A stretch of 64,000 nt of DNA from an uncultured Chloroflexia bacterium (GTDB lineage: Bacteria > Chloroflexota > Limnocylindria > Limnocylindrales > CSP1-4): contig CAWGCS010000001.1 in assembly GCA_963821235.1 (NCBI GenBank), positions 1,344,884 to 1,408,883 on the forward strand, read 5' to 3'. The notes beneath the pieces were generated by a model. It had not been told where the DNA came from and searched no databases. It saw nothing but the letters and a program-made list of their open reading frames with translations. Below, one piece after another: positions 53,341 through 62,837 of this stretch. Each line of letters starts with the position of its first letter. Position 1 is the first letter of the stretch. The translations under genes were made by a program, and so were the position numbers.

Positions 53341-53399
53341 ACGGGCGGGCCGCCCGCAGGCCGCCAGGGTGCGTCGCAGCTGCATGCGGCCCGCCCCGT
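53341..53399. terminator. Inverted repeat between convergent genes; possible bidirectional terminator
   Basis: ACGGGCGGGCCGC ... GCGGCCCGCCCCGT: about 13-bp imperfect stem with a loop near 32 nt and no U-tract. Confidence 0.2.
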
Positions 53400-53418
53400 C
53401 GCGTGACGCCCGCTCCGC

Positions 53419-55095
53419 TCAGTCGATCGCGGGCAGGCCCGCCTCGCGCGCCGCCTCGGGCGCGAGCTCCCGCAGCCGCTGCAGGATCGTGTCGACGGCC
53501 GCCGGGGAGCTCAGGATGTTGACGATCCCCGCCCGGAGGCAGGTCCGCCCGCGCAGGACCGTCGTGGAGAGCCAGCCCTCGCCGGAGTGCTGCAGGAGCG
53601 TCGCCAGGCGGTCCGTGTAGCGGTCGAGGGCGCCAGGGTCGGCCCGCTCGATCGCCGCCGCTCCGGCCCGCCCGCCCGGGAGGTGCCGGAAGCAGACGAC
53701 GGAGAGCTCGGGCGGGCCCTCCGGGATCGCCTCGAGGTCGTCGGCCTCGGCGATCCGCGCCGCGAGGTGGGCCGCCAGGTCGTCGCTGGCCTCCACCAGG
53801 CGGCCGAAGCCTGCCGTCCCGAGGTGCTTCCAGCTCATCCACAGCTTCAGCGCTCGCCAGCGGCGGGTCCCCTCGAGGGCGAGCTCGTACCAGTTGAGCG
53901 GCTGCTCCTCGTGGTGGGCGGTCCGGTAGTACTCCGGCGCATGGTGGAACGTCTGTTCCATGTCGGCGCGGCGACGGACGAGGAGCCCGCCGATGTCGTA
54001 GGCCTGGAAGAACCACTTGTGGGGATCGATCGTGATCGAGTCGGCCCGGGCAAGGTCGGGCACCCGGCCGGCGTCGCGGGCGGAGAGGCGCGCCGCTCCG
54101 CCGTACGCGGCGTCCACGTGGAGCCACAGCCCGTGGCGCGCGGCCACGTCTGCCAGCTCCCCGGTGGGGTCGACGCTCCCCGTGTTGGTGCTGCCGGCCA
54201 CGCTCGCAATGGCGAGGGGCCGCAGGCCGGCAGCGAGGTCGGCCTCGATTCGCCGCTCGACCGCGGCGCCGCGCAGCCGGAAGCGATCGTCGGACTGGAC
54301 GACGGCAAGGGTGCCGGCGGGGAAGCCGAGGGTGTCGAGCGCCTTGGCGATCGAGAAGTGGGACTGGTCGGAGGTGTAGACGCGCCAGCCCTCGAGGGCG
54401 GCGCCGCGCGGCGGCCTCGGCTGGAAGCCCAGGCCGGCGGCGGCCATGGCGTCCGGATCGAGGGCGGCGGTCGGCGGCAGGCCGGCCGCGGCGACCTCCA
54501 GCCGGCGCGTGAGGTGGACGTCGCGGGCGACCAGGAGACCCATGACGTTGGCCAGGGTCCCGCCGGACGTCAGGACGCCGAAGCTCTCGGGACCTTGCGC
54601 CGGGTCGGCGCCGTAGCCGACGAGGTCGCACAGCCAGCGGACGACCTCCTCCTCGACGAAGGCCCCGACCGGCCCGCACGCCCAGACGTCGATCCCCTGG
54701 TTGGCCCACTGGGCGAGCACTTCGCCGGCGATCGACATGGGGAGCGGCGCGGGGGTGAAGTAGCTCAGGGTCCCGGGGTGGTAGGCGTTGAGGAGGTACG
54801 GCGCGAGTCGCTCCCGGAACTCGGCGAGGATCTCCACCGACGTCGTCGGCCCATCCGGGGCGGGGGCGGGCCGGCCGCCGGAGGGGGCGAAGTACTGCCC
54901 GCGCAGGCCCGGGTAGGTGACCGGCGCCACGCCGCGCCGGACGCCCTCGCGGTAGAGGTAGTCGAGCGCGGTCCGCCAGGTCGCCTCGCCGAGCCGCTCG
55001 AGGGCCGCCCGGGCAGCCCGCTCGTCGCCGAAGGCGAGCAGCTCCGGCTCGGGGTGCCAGCGGGCGGCGGCAAGGGGATCGCGCTCATCGGACAT
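53419..55095 (-). CDS. PLP-dependent group II amino-acid decarboxylase (diaminobutyrate/aromatic-L-amino-acid decarboxylase-like)
   Basis: Start MSDERDPL at aa 96 of ORF 53419..55380. SITIDPHKWFFQAYDIGGLLV PLP-lysine motif. 558 aa. Confidence 0.85.
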   Translation of the reverse strand: MSDERDPLAAARWHPEPELLAFGDERAARAALERLGEATWRTALDYLYREGVRRGVAPVTYPGLRGQYFAPSGGRPAPAPDGPTTSVEILAEFRERLAPYLLNAYHPGTLSYFTPAPLPMSIAGEVLAQWANQGIDVWACGPVGAFVEEEVVRWLCDLVGYGADPAQGPESFGVLTSGGTLANVMGLLVARDVHLTRRLEVAAAGLPPTAALDPDAMAAAGLGFQPRPPRGAALEGWRVYTSDQSHFSIAKALDTLGFPAGTLAVVQSDDRFRLRGAAVERRIEADLAAGLRPLAIASVAGSTNTGSVDPTGELADVAARHGLWLHVDAAYGGAARLSARDAGRVPDLARADSITIDPHKWFFQAYDIGGLLVRRRADMEQTFHHAPEYYRTAHHEEQPLNWYELALEGTRRWRALKLWMSWKHLGTAGFGRLVEASDDLAAHLAARIAEADDLEAIPEGPPELSVVCFRHLPGGRAGAAAIERADPGALDRYTDRLATLLQHSGEGWLSTTVLRGRTCLRAGIVNILSSPAAVDTILQRLRELAPEAAREAGLPAID

Positions 55096-55277
55096 CGCCC
55101 AAGGGTAGCGCGCGGGCCGTAGCGCGGGCGGTGGCGCGGGCGGTGGCGCGGGCGGTGGCGCGGCCCGGCGCCCCTTCCGAGGCGCCGCCGGCGCCCGGTG
55201 CCCCTCCCGTGCACCCGGGCAAGGGGTATCGTGACGCCGACGACCCAGCGCCCCGCCGCGGGCATCGCGAGGATCCA

Positions 55278-56069
55278 GTGACGGACGACGACCCGAACCC
55301 GACCACGTCCCAGCCGGACCGTGCCCCGACGCCGCCCGCCGGGCCGGCTGCCGGTGCCCGCGCAGGGGTCCCGGACGCACCCGCCGCGCATGGCCCGGCG
55401 ATCGGCGCCAGCCCCACCCACTCCGGCCGGCGCCCGGGAGTCGCCGGCGCCCCGACCCCCGGGGACGCCCGGCCGCGCCGGCCCGAGTACCGGGGCGAGG
55501 AGCTCGATCCGGAGCGTGGGCCCGGCCTCGGCTGTTTCTGGTTCCAGCTGATCGTCCTGGCCTCGTTCCTCATCGCCATCCCCGTCGGCATCAACCTGGA
55601 CTGGCCGTTCGAGGTCCTCGCGATCCTCCTCTTCATCGTGATCGGCCTGCTGCTCCTGACCGGGCAGACGGTGATCTTCCTGCTCCGTCTCGTCGCGGCC
55701 GATCGACGCGCCCAGGGTCGCCGGCGGCCGCTCGCCAGCACGACAAGGACGGTCGGCGAGCTCGAGGACGAGCAGGCGACGACGGCACCGGACGCGGCCG
55801 GGTCGACCGCGGATGCGGGCACGGGGGACGGGGCGACCCGGGGAGCGCGGGAGCCCGAACGGGCCGACGACCGGGAGGGCGATCCCTCGGACGGCCCATC
55901 GGCGGGCGACGACGCTGCGCCTGGCGAGCAGCCGCCGGCCGACGTGGGCGCCGCCACCGCCGCCGACGAAGGCGCAACAGCCGTCGCCGACGAAGGCGCA
56001 ACAGCCGTCGCCGACGAAGCGCCGCCGTTCGCCGGGCCCGAGGAGCCCGATCCCGGCGTGCGACAATAG
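55278..56069 (+). CDS. Hypothetical membrane protein with Pro-rich N-terminus and acidic repetitive C-terminus
   Basis: TM core LGCFWFQLIVLASFLIAIPVGINLDWPFEVLAILLFIVIGLLLLTGQTVIFLLRLV. C-terminal ADEGATAVADEGATAVADE repeats. Start codon uncertain. Confidence 0.4.
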   Translation: MTDDDPNPTTSQPDRAPTPPAGPAAGARAGVPDAPAAHGPAIGASPTHSGRRPGVAGAPTPGDARPRRPEYRGEELDPERGPGLGCFWFQLIVLASFLIAIPVGINLDWPFEVLAILLFIVIGLLLLTGQTVIFLLRLVAADRRAQGRRRPLASTTRTVGELEDEQATTAPDAAGSTADAGTGDGATRGAREPERADDREGDPSDGPSAGDDAAPGEQPPADVGAATAADEGATAVADEGATAVADEAPPFAGPEEPDPGVRQ

Positions 56070-56124
56070 GTGCCCCGGGTTGCACCCGGGCCGACGTCAG
56101 CCCGCCCCAGGGAGGCCCCAGCCG

Positions 56125-56478
56125 GTGCCGGTCCTCGCGACCTTCTTCTCCGTTCGCCGCGGCCGCGACTCCTTCTTCAAGTTCTTCATGCGCACCCTCT
56201 TCCCCCGCCAGGTCCGCGAGTACGAGGAGAAGTACGGCATCCGGTTTCTGGGCTGGTACAACGTCGCCTACGGCTGGGACTACGACAACGTCATCCTCCT
56301 CGAGCTTCCCGACTACGCCACGATCGACAAGCTGGAGAGCGACGAGAGCGTCGCTGCCCTGGGCCACCGGGCCGGCGAGTGGATGTTCGAGCGCCACCAC
56401 GCGATGTTCCTGCGCGAGCGCATGGGACCGGACCTCAAGTACTTCGGCATCGAGACCCTCACCAAGGGGGACGGCTGA
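56125..56478 (+). CDS. Small hypothetical protein (117 aa; alternative ATG at 56188)
   Basis: GTG start after GGGAGG. Trp/Tyr-rich globular sequence FLGWYNVAYGWDYDNVILLELPDYATIDKLESDESVAALGHRAGEWMFERHHAMF. Confidence 0.5.
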   Translation: MPVLATFFSVRRGRDSFFKFFMRTLFPRQVREYEEKYGIRFLGWYNVAYGWDYDNVILLELPDYATIDKLESDESVAALGHRAGEWMFERHHAMFLRERMGPDLKYFGIETLTKGDG

Positions 56479-56538
56479 CGGCGGCGCGTGCCGCCCGGCT
56501 GCCGGACCGCCACCTTCGACGACAAGGAGACGCGAGCC

Positions 56539-57459
56539 ATGGACATGAACCGCGCCGACCTCCTCGGTGAGCTCGCTCGCGACGCGGCGCTGGAGCGCTC
56601 CGACTTCCTCTCCCGCGCCGCCGAGCAGCTCGACGGCTTCCTCAAGGCCAACGCCGCGCGGATCTCCGAGATCGGCGGCATGACCCTCATCGACGACGAT
56701 CCCGACTACCTCTCGATCGCGCCAGACCTCACCTTCCGTAGCCGCGCCCGCTACCAGGACGAGGAGACGGGCGAGTGGATCAGCGAGACCGAGGTCATCG
56801 AGTCGGGAGCCGAGCTCGTCGAGCTCTACAACCCGTCCGACATCTACGCCGCGTTCGCCGAGGCGGCCCGCGAGGAGGCTGGCCTGGAGCCCGAGCCGAC
56901 CGCGGCCGACGACCTCCTCAACGTGGCCGGGATCGCCCCCGACGAGACGGTGGCGCCGGCCGACGTCGACGCCTACGCCGCGGCCGCCAACGAGTGGGCG
57001 GCCAGCCAGCCGGAAGACGCCGACGATCCGGAGACGGCGGCGCATCGGCTCTACGACCTCGCCCTCACCTTCCAGGAGCGGAGCCAGCTGTCGGAGGCCC
57101 ACCTCCTGGAGCAGTTCCAGTCGACCGCGGCCTCGCTCGCCGGTCACCTGGGGGACCTCATCGTCATCGACGACGACGACGAGCGGCTTACTCTGACGGG
57201 CGCCGGGCGGATCGTCGCGGAGGTCGTCCCGGAGGGCGCGGAGGGCGCATGGCGGACTCTCGGCACGCCGGAGGAGCTCGTCGAGTTCTACGACCCGACG
57301 GACGTCTTCGGCGACGTGGCCGACGCCGTCGCCGAGGCCTACCCGTCGGTGGCGCCGGAGATGGACGACGAGGACGACGACGCCGAGGAAGACCAAGAGG
57401 ACGAGGAAGACCAAGAGGACGAGGAGGACGAAGAGGATGAGGAGGACCGAGGCCGCTAG
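56539..57459 (+). CDS. Acidic hypothetical protein with internal two-fold repeat and poly-Asp/Glu C-terminal tail
   Basis: AAGGAGA Shine-Dalgarno. Residues ~45-115 and ~195-285 align (LIDDD..L..GEW..ELVELYNPSD vs VIDDDD..L..GAW..ELVEFYDPTD). Tail DEDDDAEEDQEDEEDQEDEEDEEDEED. Confidence 0.55.
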   Translation: MDMNRADLLGELARDAALERSDFLSRAAEQLDGFLKANAARISEIGGMTLIDDDPDYLSIAPDLTFRSRARYQDEETGEWISETEVIESGAELVELYNPSDIYAAFAEAAREEAGLEPEPTAADDLLNVAGIAPDETVAPADVDAYAAAANEWAASQPEDADDPETAAHRLYDLALTFQERSQLSEAHLLEQFQSTAASLAGHLGDLIVIDDDDERLTLTGAGRIVAEVVPEGAEGAWRTLGTPEELVEFYDPTDVFGDVADAVAEAYPSVAPEMDDEDDDAEEDQEDEEDQEDEEDEEDEEDRGR

Positions 57460-57497
57460 GCCGTCCGCCTGACGACCCCGGGCCCGGCGCCGCCCAG

Positions 57498-58376
57498 ATG
57501 CAGCTCGCCGACGCCGAGCTCCTCGAGAGCCGGGAGATCCTGCCCGGGCAGTGGCTCCAGCACTACCATGCCCCGCCCCTCGCCGCGGCGGCGCGGGCCG
57601 GCCAGTTCGTCCACGTCCGAACGGGCGACTGGTCGGGGCTCGTCCTCCGGCGACCCTTCACGGTCAACACCGCCGACGCCGCCACGGGCACGATCTCGAT
57701 CCACTTCCGGGCCGTGGGCAAGGGGACGGCCTGGCTGGCCCGGATGCGTCCCGGGGACCGCCTCGACATGCTCGGCCCGCTGGGCCAGGGGTTCCAGGTC
57801 GACGCCCGCAGCCGGCACCTCCTGCTGGTCGCCGGCGGCCTCGGGATCGCCGACGTGCGCCTCCTCGCCGACGAGGCGCTCCGCGACGGGCGCCAGGTGG
57901 TCCTCCTGTACGGCTGCCGGGACGCCTCCGAGGTCTACCCCAGCTCGCTCCTCCCGGACGAGGTCGAGTATGTCGTGGCGACCGACGACGGGAGCGTGGG
58001 GTACCACGGGTTCGTGACCGACCTCGTGCTGCAGTACGAGGCCTGGGCCGACCAGGCCTTCGCCTGCGGCCCGCTGCCGATGCTGCGCACGCTCGCGGCC
58101 GCGGCCACGGGACGGACCGGGCGCCTGGGAGTCGCCACGCTCGGTCGCAAGCGCGGCGCCGGCAAGCCGGTCCGCCCGGGGTCGCCCGAGGCACGGCGCA
58201 AGGCATTCCTGCAGGTCGCCATGGAGCAGAACATGGGCTGTGCGGTGGGGGCCTGCCTCGGCTGTGTCGTGTGGGGCGTCGAGGGGCCGCAGCGCGTCTG
58301 CCGGGAGGGCCCGGTCTTCGCCAGCGACGAGATCGACTGGGAGGCGACGGTGGGCGCGGGGTCCGACAAGCGATGA
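57498..58376 (+). CDS. pyrK: Dihydroorotate dehydrogenase electron-transfer subunit
   Basis: RPFTV FAD-binding motif, GGLGIAD NAD-binding motif, C-terminal GCAVGACLGCVV 2Fe-2S cysteines. Confidence 0.85.
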   Translation: MQLADAELLESREILPGQWLQHYHAPPLAAAARAGQFVHVRTGDWSGLVLRRPFTVNTADAATGTISIHFRAVGKGTAWLARMRPGDRLDMLGPLGQGFQVDARSRHLLLVAGGLGIADVRLLADEALRDGRQVVLLYGCRDASEVYPSSLLPDEVEYVVATDDGSVGYHGFVTDLVLQYEAWADQAFACGPLPMLRTLAAAATGRTGRLGVATLGRKRGAGKPVRPGSPEARRKAFLQVAMEQNMGCAVGACLGCVVWGVEGPQRVCREGPVFASDEIDWEATVGAGSDKR

Positions 58377-58392
58377 GCGGGGCAGGCGACCG

Positions 58393-59637
58393 ATGAGGCC
58401 GAAGAAGCGGGTGGTCACGCACGGCAAGGCGCCGGGGCCAGCCGGCGGCGCCGGCGGCAAGGCCAGGCGGACGCCGACGGTGCGGACGATCCGCAGCGCG
58501 ATCGTCGAGCCGAGGGCCGGCCCGGCGAACGGCGCGGGCAGGCCCGCCGGGCGCGGCTCGCCGGCCGGCACCGGCAGCCCGCGCACGTCGCCGGTCATCG
58601 CCCTCGGCAGCCCGACGATCGCCCCGGTCGCGCCGGGAGGCCGCCGGGCGGGCGCCTCGGGCGGGTTCGACCCCGCCTCGATCGACCTCTCGGTCGACCT
58701 CGGGCGGGGGCTCGTCCTCCCGACCCCGATCCTCGTCGCCTCGGGCACCTTCGGCTACGGCGTGGAGTACGCGGACGTCGTTGATGTCCAGCGGATCGGG
58801 GCGATCTGCTGCAAGGGGACAACCCTCAGGCCGCGCCTCGGGAACCGGCCCCCGCGGGTCACCGAGACGCCCGGCGGGATGCTGAACTCGATCGGCCTCC
58901 AGAACCCCGGCATCGAGGCGGTCCTGGAACGCTATGCGCCGCTGTGGGCGACCTGGAAGGTCCCGGTGATCGTCAACGTGGCCGGGGAGTCGATCGAAGA
59001 CTACGTGGCGGTCGTGCGGAAGCTCGACCTCGTGCCCGGCGTCGCCGGCGTGGAGCTGAACATCAGCTGCCCCAACGTCGGCCGGGGCGGCCTCCAGTTC
59101 GCCATCGACCAGGATGCCGCGGCCGCCGTCACCCGAGCCGTGCGGCGGGCGACGGACCTGCCCTTGATCGTGAAGCTGTCGCCGAACGTGGCCGACGTCC
59201 GCCCGATCGCCGCCGCCATCGCCCAGGCCGGCGCGGACGCCCTCTCGGCGGTGAACACGCTCTCGGGGATGGCCCTGCGGCCCGATCGCACCGGTCCGTT
59301 CCTCGGCAACACGTACGGCGGCCTGTCCGGCCCCGCGATCAAGCCGGTCGCACTGCGCATCGTCTACGAGGTCGCCCAGGTCGTCGACATCCCGGTCGTC
59401 GCGATCGGCGGCGTCACCTGCCTCGACGACGTCCTCGACTACCTCGCCGCCGGCGCGGTCGCCGTGCAAGTCGGCACGGCGATCTTCGCCGACCCGACGC
59501 TCCCGGTGCGGCTGGCCGACGAGCTGGCGGGGGAGTGCGCCCGGCGCCGCCTGGCCTCGTACGAGCCGCTCATCGGGACGGCGTTGCCGAGGCGGCCCGG
59601 GCCGGCCTCGGCGAAGGGCGTGGAGTACCGCCCGTAG
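58393..59637 (+). CDS. pyrD: Dihydroorotate dehydrogenase (class 1B) catalytic subunit with ~95-aa Pro/Gly/Arg-rich N-terminal extension
   Basis: PILVASGTFGYG, NISCPNV and LIVKLSPN motifs. No in-frame start codon lies between 58393 and the conserved core. Confidence 0.85.
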   Translation: MRPKKRVVTHGKAPGPAGGAGGKARRTPTVRTIRSAIVEPRAGPANGAGRPAGRGSPAGTGSPRTSPVIALGSPTIAPVAPGGRRAGASGGFDPASIDLSVDLGRGLVLPTPILVASGTFGYGVEYADVVDVQRIGAICCKGTTLRPRLGNRPPRVTETPGGMLNSIGLQNPGIEAVLERYAPLWATWKVPVIVNVAGESIEDYVAVVRKLDLVPGVAGVELNISCPNVGRGGLQFAIDQDAAAAVTRAVRRATDLPLIVKLSPNVADVRPIAAAIAQAGADALSAVNTLSGMALRPDRTGPFLGNTYGGLSGPAIKPVALRIVYEVAQVVDIPVVAIGGVTCLDDVLDYLAAGAVAVQVGTAIFADPTLPVRLADELAGECARRRLASYEPLIGTALPRRPGPASAKGVEYRP

Positions 59638-59649
59638 CGAGGTCCAGCG

Positions 59650-60090
59650 ATGGAGGACGCGCTTGGCTTCTTCGCGATCCTCATCCCCGTCCTGTGGATC
59701 GCCCTCGCGATCGCGATCGTCATCTTCGTCACGGCCGCGCTGGCCAGGATCGCGGGTCCCGTGGCCGCGTGGCTCGAGCCGAGGCTCGGGCCGAGGATCG
59801 CGCGCTGGTCACGGGCGCGGCACGGGCTGGCCGCGGACGCACCGCCGTGGGCGTGCGGCGCCTGCCACTCGGTGAACCAGCCGGTCGCGCTCGCCTGCTA
59901 CCGCTGCGGGGCGCCGGCGCCGACCGCGGCCGAGGCCCTTCCCGCCGCAGCCGACGACATCTGGCGCCCGCCGGAATCGCCGAACCGGTTCGACCCATCG
60001 CTCTACCGGGGGCCTGGGGCGCCGAACCGGCCCGCTGAGCCGACCCAACCCGTCGAGCCGGACGGGCCCGATGGACCGCTCGTAGACTGA
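59650..60090 (+). CDS. Hypothetical membrane protein with zinc-ribbon-like CxxC...CxxC
   Basis: TM FFAILIPVLWIALAIAIVIFVTAALA, then WACGACHSVNQPVALACYRCG. Confidence 0.5.
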   Translation: MEDALGFFAILIPVLWIALAIAIVIFVTAALARIAGPVAAWLEPRLGPRIARWSRARHGLAADAPPWACGACHSVNQPVALACYRCGAPAPTAAEALPAAADDIWRPPESPNRFDPSLYRGPGAPNRPAEPTQPVEPDGPDGPLVD

Positions 60091-60094
60091 GCCC

Positions 60095-60808
60095 ATGACC
60101 ACGATCCGCCCAGCCCTGGAGCTCGCCGCCCGCGCCGCCGTCGCCGAACGGACCGAGGCGCTCTTCCAGCGCGCCGGCGCGCTGCGGGAGGGCCACTTTC
60201 TCCTCAAGTCCGGCCGCCACAGCGCGCGCTACCTCGAGAAGTTCATGCTCCTCCAGGACCCCGCGGTGACGAGCGAGCTGTGCTCGTTCTGGGCGGCCGC
60301 CGCCCGCGGCACCGACGGGCGGCCCCTGGTCGACCTGGTCGCCGGGCCGACGACCGGCGGGATCGTGCTCGCCTTCGAGACGGCCCGCCAGCTGGGCGTC
60401 CGAGGCATCTTCGCCGAGGAGGTCCGCGACGCGGACGGCGCGACCCATCGCGAGTTCCGGCGCGGCTTCCGGGTCGAGCCCGGCGAGCGCGTCCTGCTCG
60501 TCGACGACATCCTGACCACGGGCGGCTCGCTGGCCGCCATGATCCCCGCCGTCGAGCAGGCAGGCGGCGAGATCGTGGGCTGCTATGTGATGGCCGACCG
60601 ATCCGGCGGGACGGCCGTCCTGGCCTCGTCGGCCACGGACCGCCGCTACCCCGTCCAGGGACTCTGGCAGCTGGAGATCCCGACGTTCGAGCCCGGCCGT
60701 GACACGTGCCCGGGCTGCGCCGACGGGACGCCGCTGGACGCCCCGGGCAGCACGGGGGCGGGCGGCAACGCCGCATCGGCTGGCAGCGCCGGCACGGCCT
60801 CCGCCTGA
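60095..60808 (+). CDS. pyrE: Orotate phosphoribosyltransferase
   Basis: PRPP-binding motif VLLVDDILTTGGS; 237 aa. Confidence 0.9.
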   Translation: MTTIRPALELAARAAVAERTEALFQRAGALREGHFLLKSGRHSARYLEKFMLLQDPAVTSELCSFWAAAARGTDGRPLVDLVAGPTTGGIVLAFETARQLGVRGIFAEEVRDADGATHREFRRGFRVEPGERVLLVDDILTTGGSLAAMIPAVEQAGGEIVGCYVMADRSGGTAVLASSATDRRYPVQGLWQLEIPTFEPGRDTCPGCADGTPLDAPGSTGAGGNAASAGSAGTASA

Positions 60809-60825
60809 CGGGGCTGAAGCCCGTC
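60807..60825 (+). terminator. Stem-loop overlapping the pyrE stop codon
   Basis: GACGGG(G)C-TGAA-GCCCGTC hairpin with no U-tract. Confidence 0.25.
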
Positions 60826-60856
60826 CGGGAGGTGGCCGCGGTCGCGGCGGCCGGCG

Positions 60857-60922
60857 CTACGGCGTCTTCGGCGCCTTGGGCTTCTTCGGCTTCGGCGGTC
60901 GCTTGGGTGTCTTGTCGCCCAT
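60857..60922 (-). CDS. Putative 21-aa Lys/Pro-rich peptide (MGDKTPKRPPKPKKPKAPKTP)
   Basis: ATG preceded by GGAGGT at 5-nt spacing. Very short, hence low confidence. Confidence 0.25.
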   Translation of the reverse strand: MGDKTPKRPPKPKKPKAPKTP

Positions 60923-61105
60923 CGGGTACCTCCTTCGGGGGAGTGTAGCCCGCGCGGCGGCGCCACGGGCGGCCGCTCGTGGCGCCGCTGGGGTGGACGG
61001 CGTCGCGCCGAGGGGCCCGGTGGCGCCGCGTCGTCGTCCCAATGGCCCCTGACGGCGGCCCAACGGCCCGTGCGGGCGGCCGCGGCGGCGGCGCATGATC
61101 TGTCC

Positions 61106-61305
61106 ATGCGACGCTGGAACGGCTGGGGCGACGAGTCGATCGTCGACGAACTCCCGCCGGCCGGGGCGACGGCCATCGAGCGGGTCGTGGGCCCGCGGCG
61201 GCGGCGCTCTACGATGCCCTCTACCGGCGCGTCTATCGGCGGATGTACGAGCGGCTGCAGCCCCTCTACGAGGAGATCCGGGCGATCACCGGGTATCCCG
61301 GCTGA
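61106..61305 (+). pseudogene. Possible remnant of an FAD-linked oxidase gene: N-terminal ~30 codons joined out of frame to a C-terminal ~35 codons
   Basis: MRRWNGWGDESIVDELPPAGATAIERVVGPRRR matches the characteristic M(K/R)RWNGWGD N-terminus of FAD-binding oxidases. A different frame ends ..AAALYDALYRRVYRRMYERLQPLYEEIRAITGYPG*. Confidence 0.3.
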
Positions 61306-61365
61306 TCGGGTCGCGCGCCCGCCGTGCGGGGCGGGCCCGTCCGGTCGACCCCGGTCCCGCCAGGC

Positions 61366-62367
61366 CTACTTCGTGATGGCGCGGATGGCGTTCGCCAGCT
61401 CCTGCTCGCCGACGACCGCCTCGTACGACCCGGCGATCTTCCCGGCGGCGTCGACGAGGAAGACCCACGGCTCGGTCGGGATGCCGTAGGCGTTGGCCGC
61501 CTCGACCGGCACGAAGCTGTCGTTCTGGAGGACGGGCTGCAGGCGGCCGTCCTGGTAGACGAGCTCGTACGGCTCCACGGCGACGACCCGGATCGGGGCC
61601 TCCTTCACCGCCGCCTTCACGACCTCCATCGTCGGGCCGCACTGGGCGCTCTTGCAGAACGCCGGGGTGATGAAGGCGAGCAGGAATGGCTCCTTCGCCG
61701 CCAGCGCCGCGTCGAGCGAGGTCTCGTAGAACGACGGCTCGGGCTTCGTGTCGGAGGAGACGCGCCGGACGTCGCCGCCGACGTCGGCGATCGTAAGCGT
61801 CCTGGCGGACGGAGCCGGGGCCCCGATCGGCGGCGTCGTGCCCTTCTCGGCGACCGTGAACTGGAGCTTGGCGCCGGTGGTCGTGCCGGTCGACGGGTCG
61901 GTGACGGCGACGGCCGCGCCCCACGGTCCGGCGCGGGTGAGGTTGACGGTCGCGGCGTAGAAGGCGCGGACGCCGACGATGCCCCATTCGAACGCCGGCG
62001 TCACGATCGAGGTCGGGGTGTCCGGGCTGGCGCAAAGGTCGAAGAAGCCGATCTGCACCTGGAGCTTGTCGTTCGCCAGTGGCTGGTTCTTGTCATCGAC
62101 GAGGGCGAAGAGGAGACGGGTCGTGCCCACGAGGCGCTCCGAGCTGGCCAGGACGGGAATGACCCCGCTCGTCGTGACCTGGCCGGGCTGCGGCCATCCC
62201 GGCAGGCTGGAGGTGTCGCAGGCGGCGCCGGTCGCGGACGGCGTGGACGGCTGCGTGGCGGCAGGCGTCGGCGTCGTCCCGCCGGAGCCCGAGCAGGCCG
62301 CCACGAGACCGGCTACCAGGGCGAGCCGGGGGAGGACGGCAATCCGACGCCGGAGGAGGATGCGCAC
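61366..62367 (-). CDS. Thioredoxin-fold lipoprotein (TlpA/SCO-like) with CxxxxC
   Basis: Signal and lipobox [27 protein letters not shown] motif. 333 aa. Confidence 0.6.
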   Translation of the reverse strand: MRILLRRRIAVLPRLALVAGLVAACSGSGGTTPTPAATQPSTPSATGAACDTSSLPGWPQPGQVTTSGVIPVLASSERLVGTTRLLFALVDDKNQPLANDKLQVQIGFFDLCASPDTPTSIVTPAFEWGIVGVRAFYAATVNLTRAGPWGAAVAVTDPSTGTTTGAKLQFTVAEKGTTPPIGAPAPSARTLTIADVGGDVRRVSSDTKPEPSFYETSLDAALAAKEPFLLAFITPAFCKSAQCGPTMEVVKAAVKEAPIRVVAVEPYELVYQDGRLQPVLQNDSFVPVEAANAYGIPTEPWVFLVDAAGKIAGSYEAVVGEQELANAIRAITK

Positions 62368-62837
62368 GGCGAGATGCTAGCCGGATCGCCGGCCGGGCGC
62401 CGTGGGCAGGGGTGGCCGGCGCAGGGTGGCCGGCGCAGGTTGCCCGGGCCGGGCCGCCCGAGGCGCTCGCACCCCATACCACGCGAGCGTCACCCTCCGC
62501 GGCGATGCCCGTGGCCGCATCGGCCGGACATCACCGGGGCATCAGCGGAGCAGCCGCCGGCGACCCCCAGCGCGCTTGCCGGCGCCCCTTCTCGGTGATG
62601 CGCGCGCGATGCGCACACGGTCATCGCTCCAGGGGAGGTGATCCCGCACCCCGCACGGGGACATCCCGCGCGAGCACACCGCGACCGCCGCCGCGCCTCT
62701 CGAGGCGGGCACGGTACAATCCGGCCCGCTCACGCGGAGTGCACGAGGCCGGAGGGCAGGGGGCAGGGCTGCCCGCCCGCCGCGGCGGCGCGGTGCTCGG
62801 GAGGAGCGCTCCGGAGATCGACCCGGGCGGAGGATCG

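Noticed and set aside
55633-57414. 593-aa minus-strand ORF
   Set aside because: Antisense to three plus-strand genes; Arg/Gly-rich.
62401-62444. Tandem GGTGGCCGGCGCAG (two copies) upstream of ctaA
   Set aside because: Only two copies in a GC-rich spacer; not convincing as a regulatory element.
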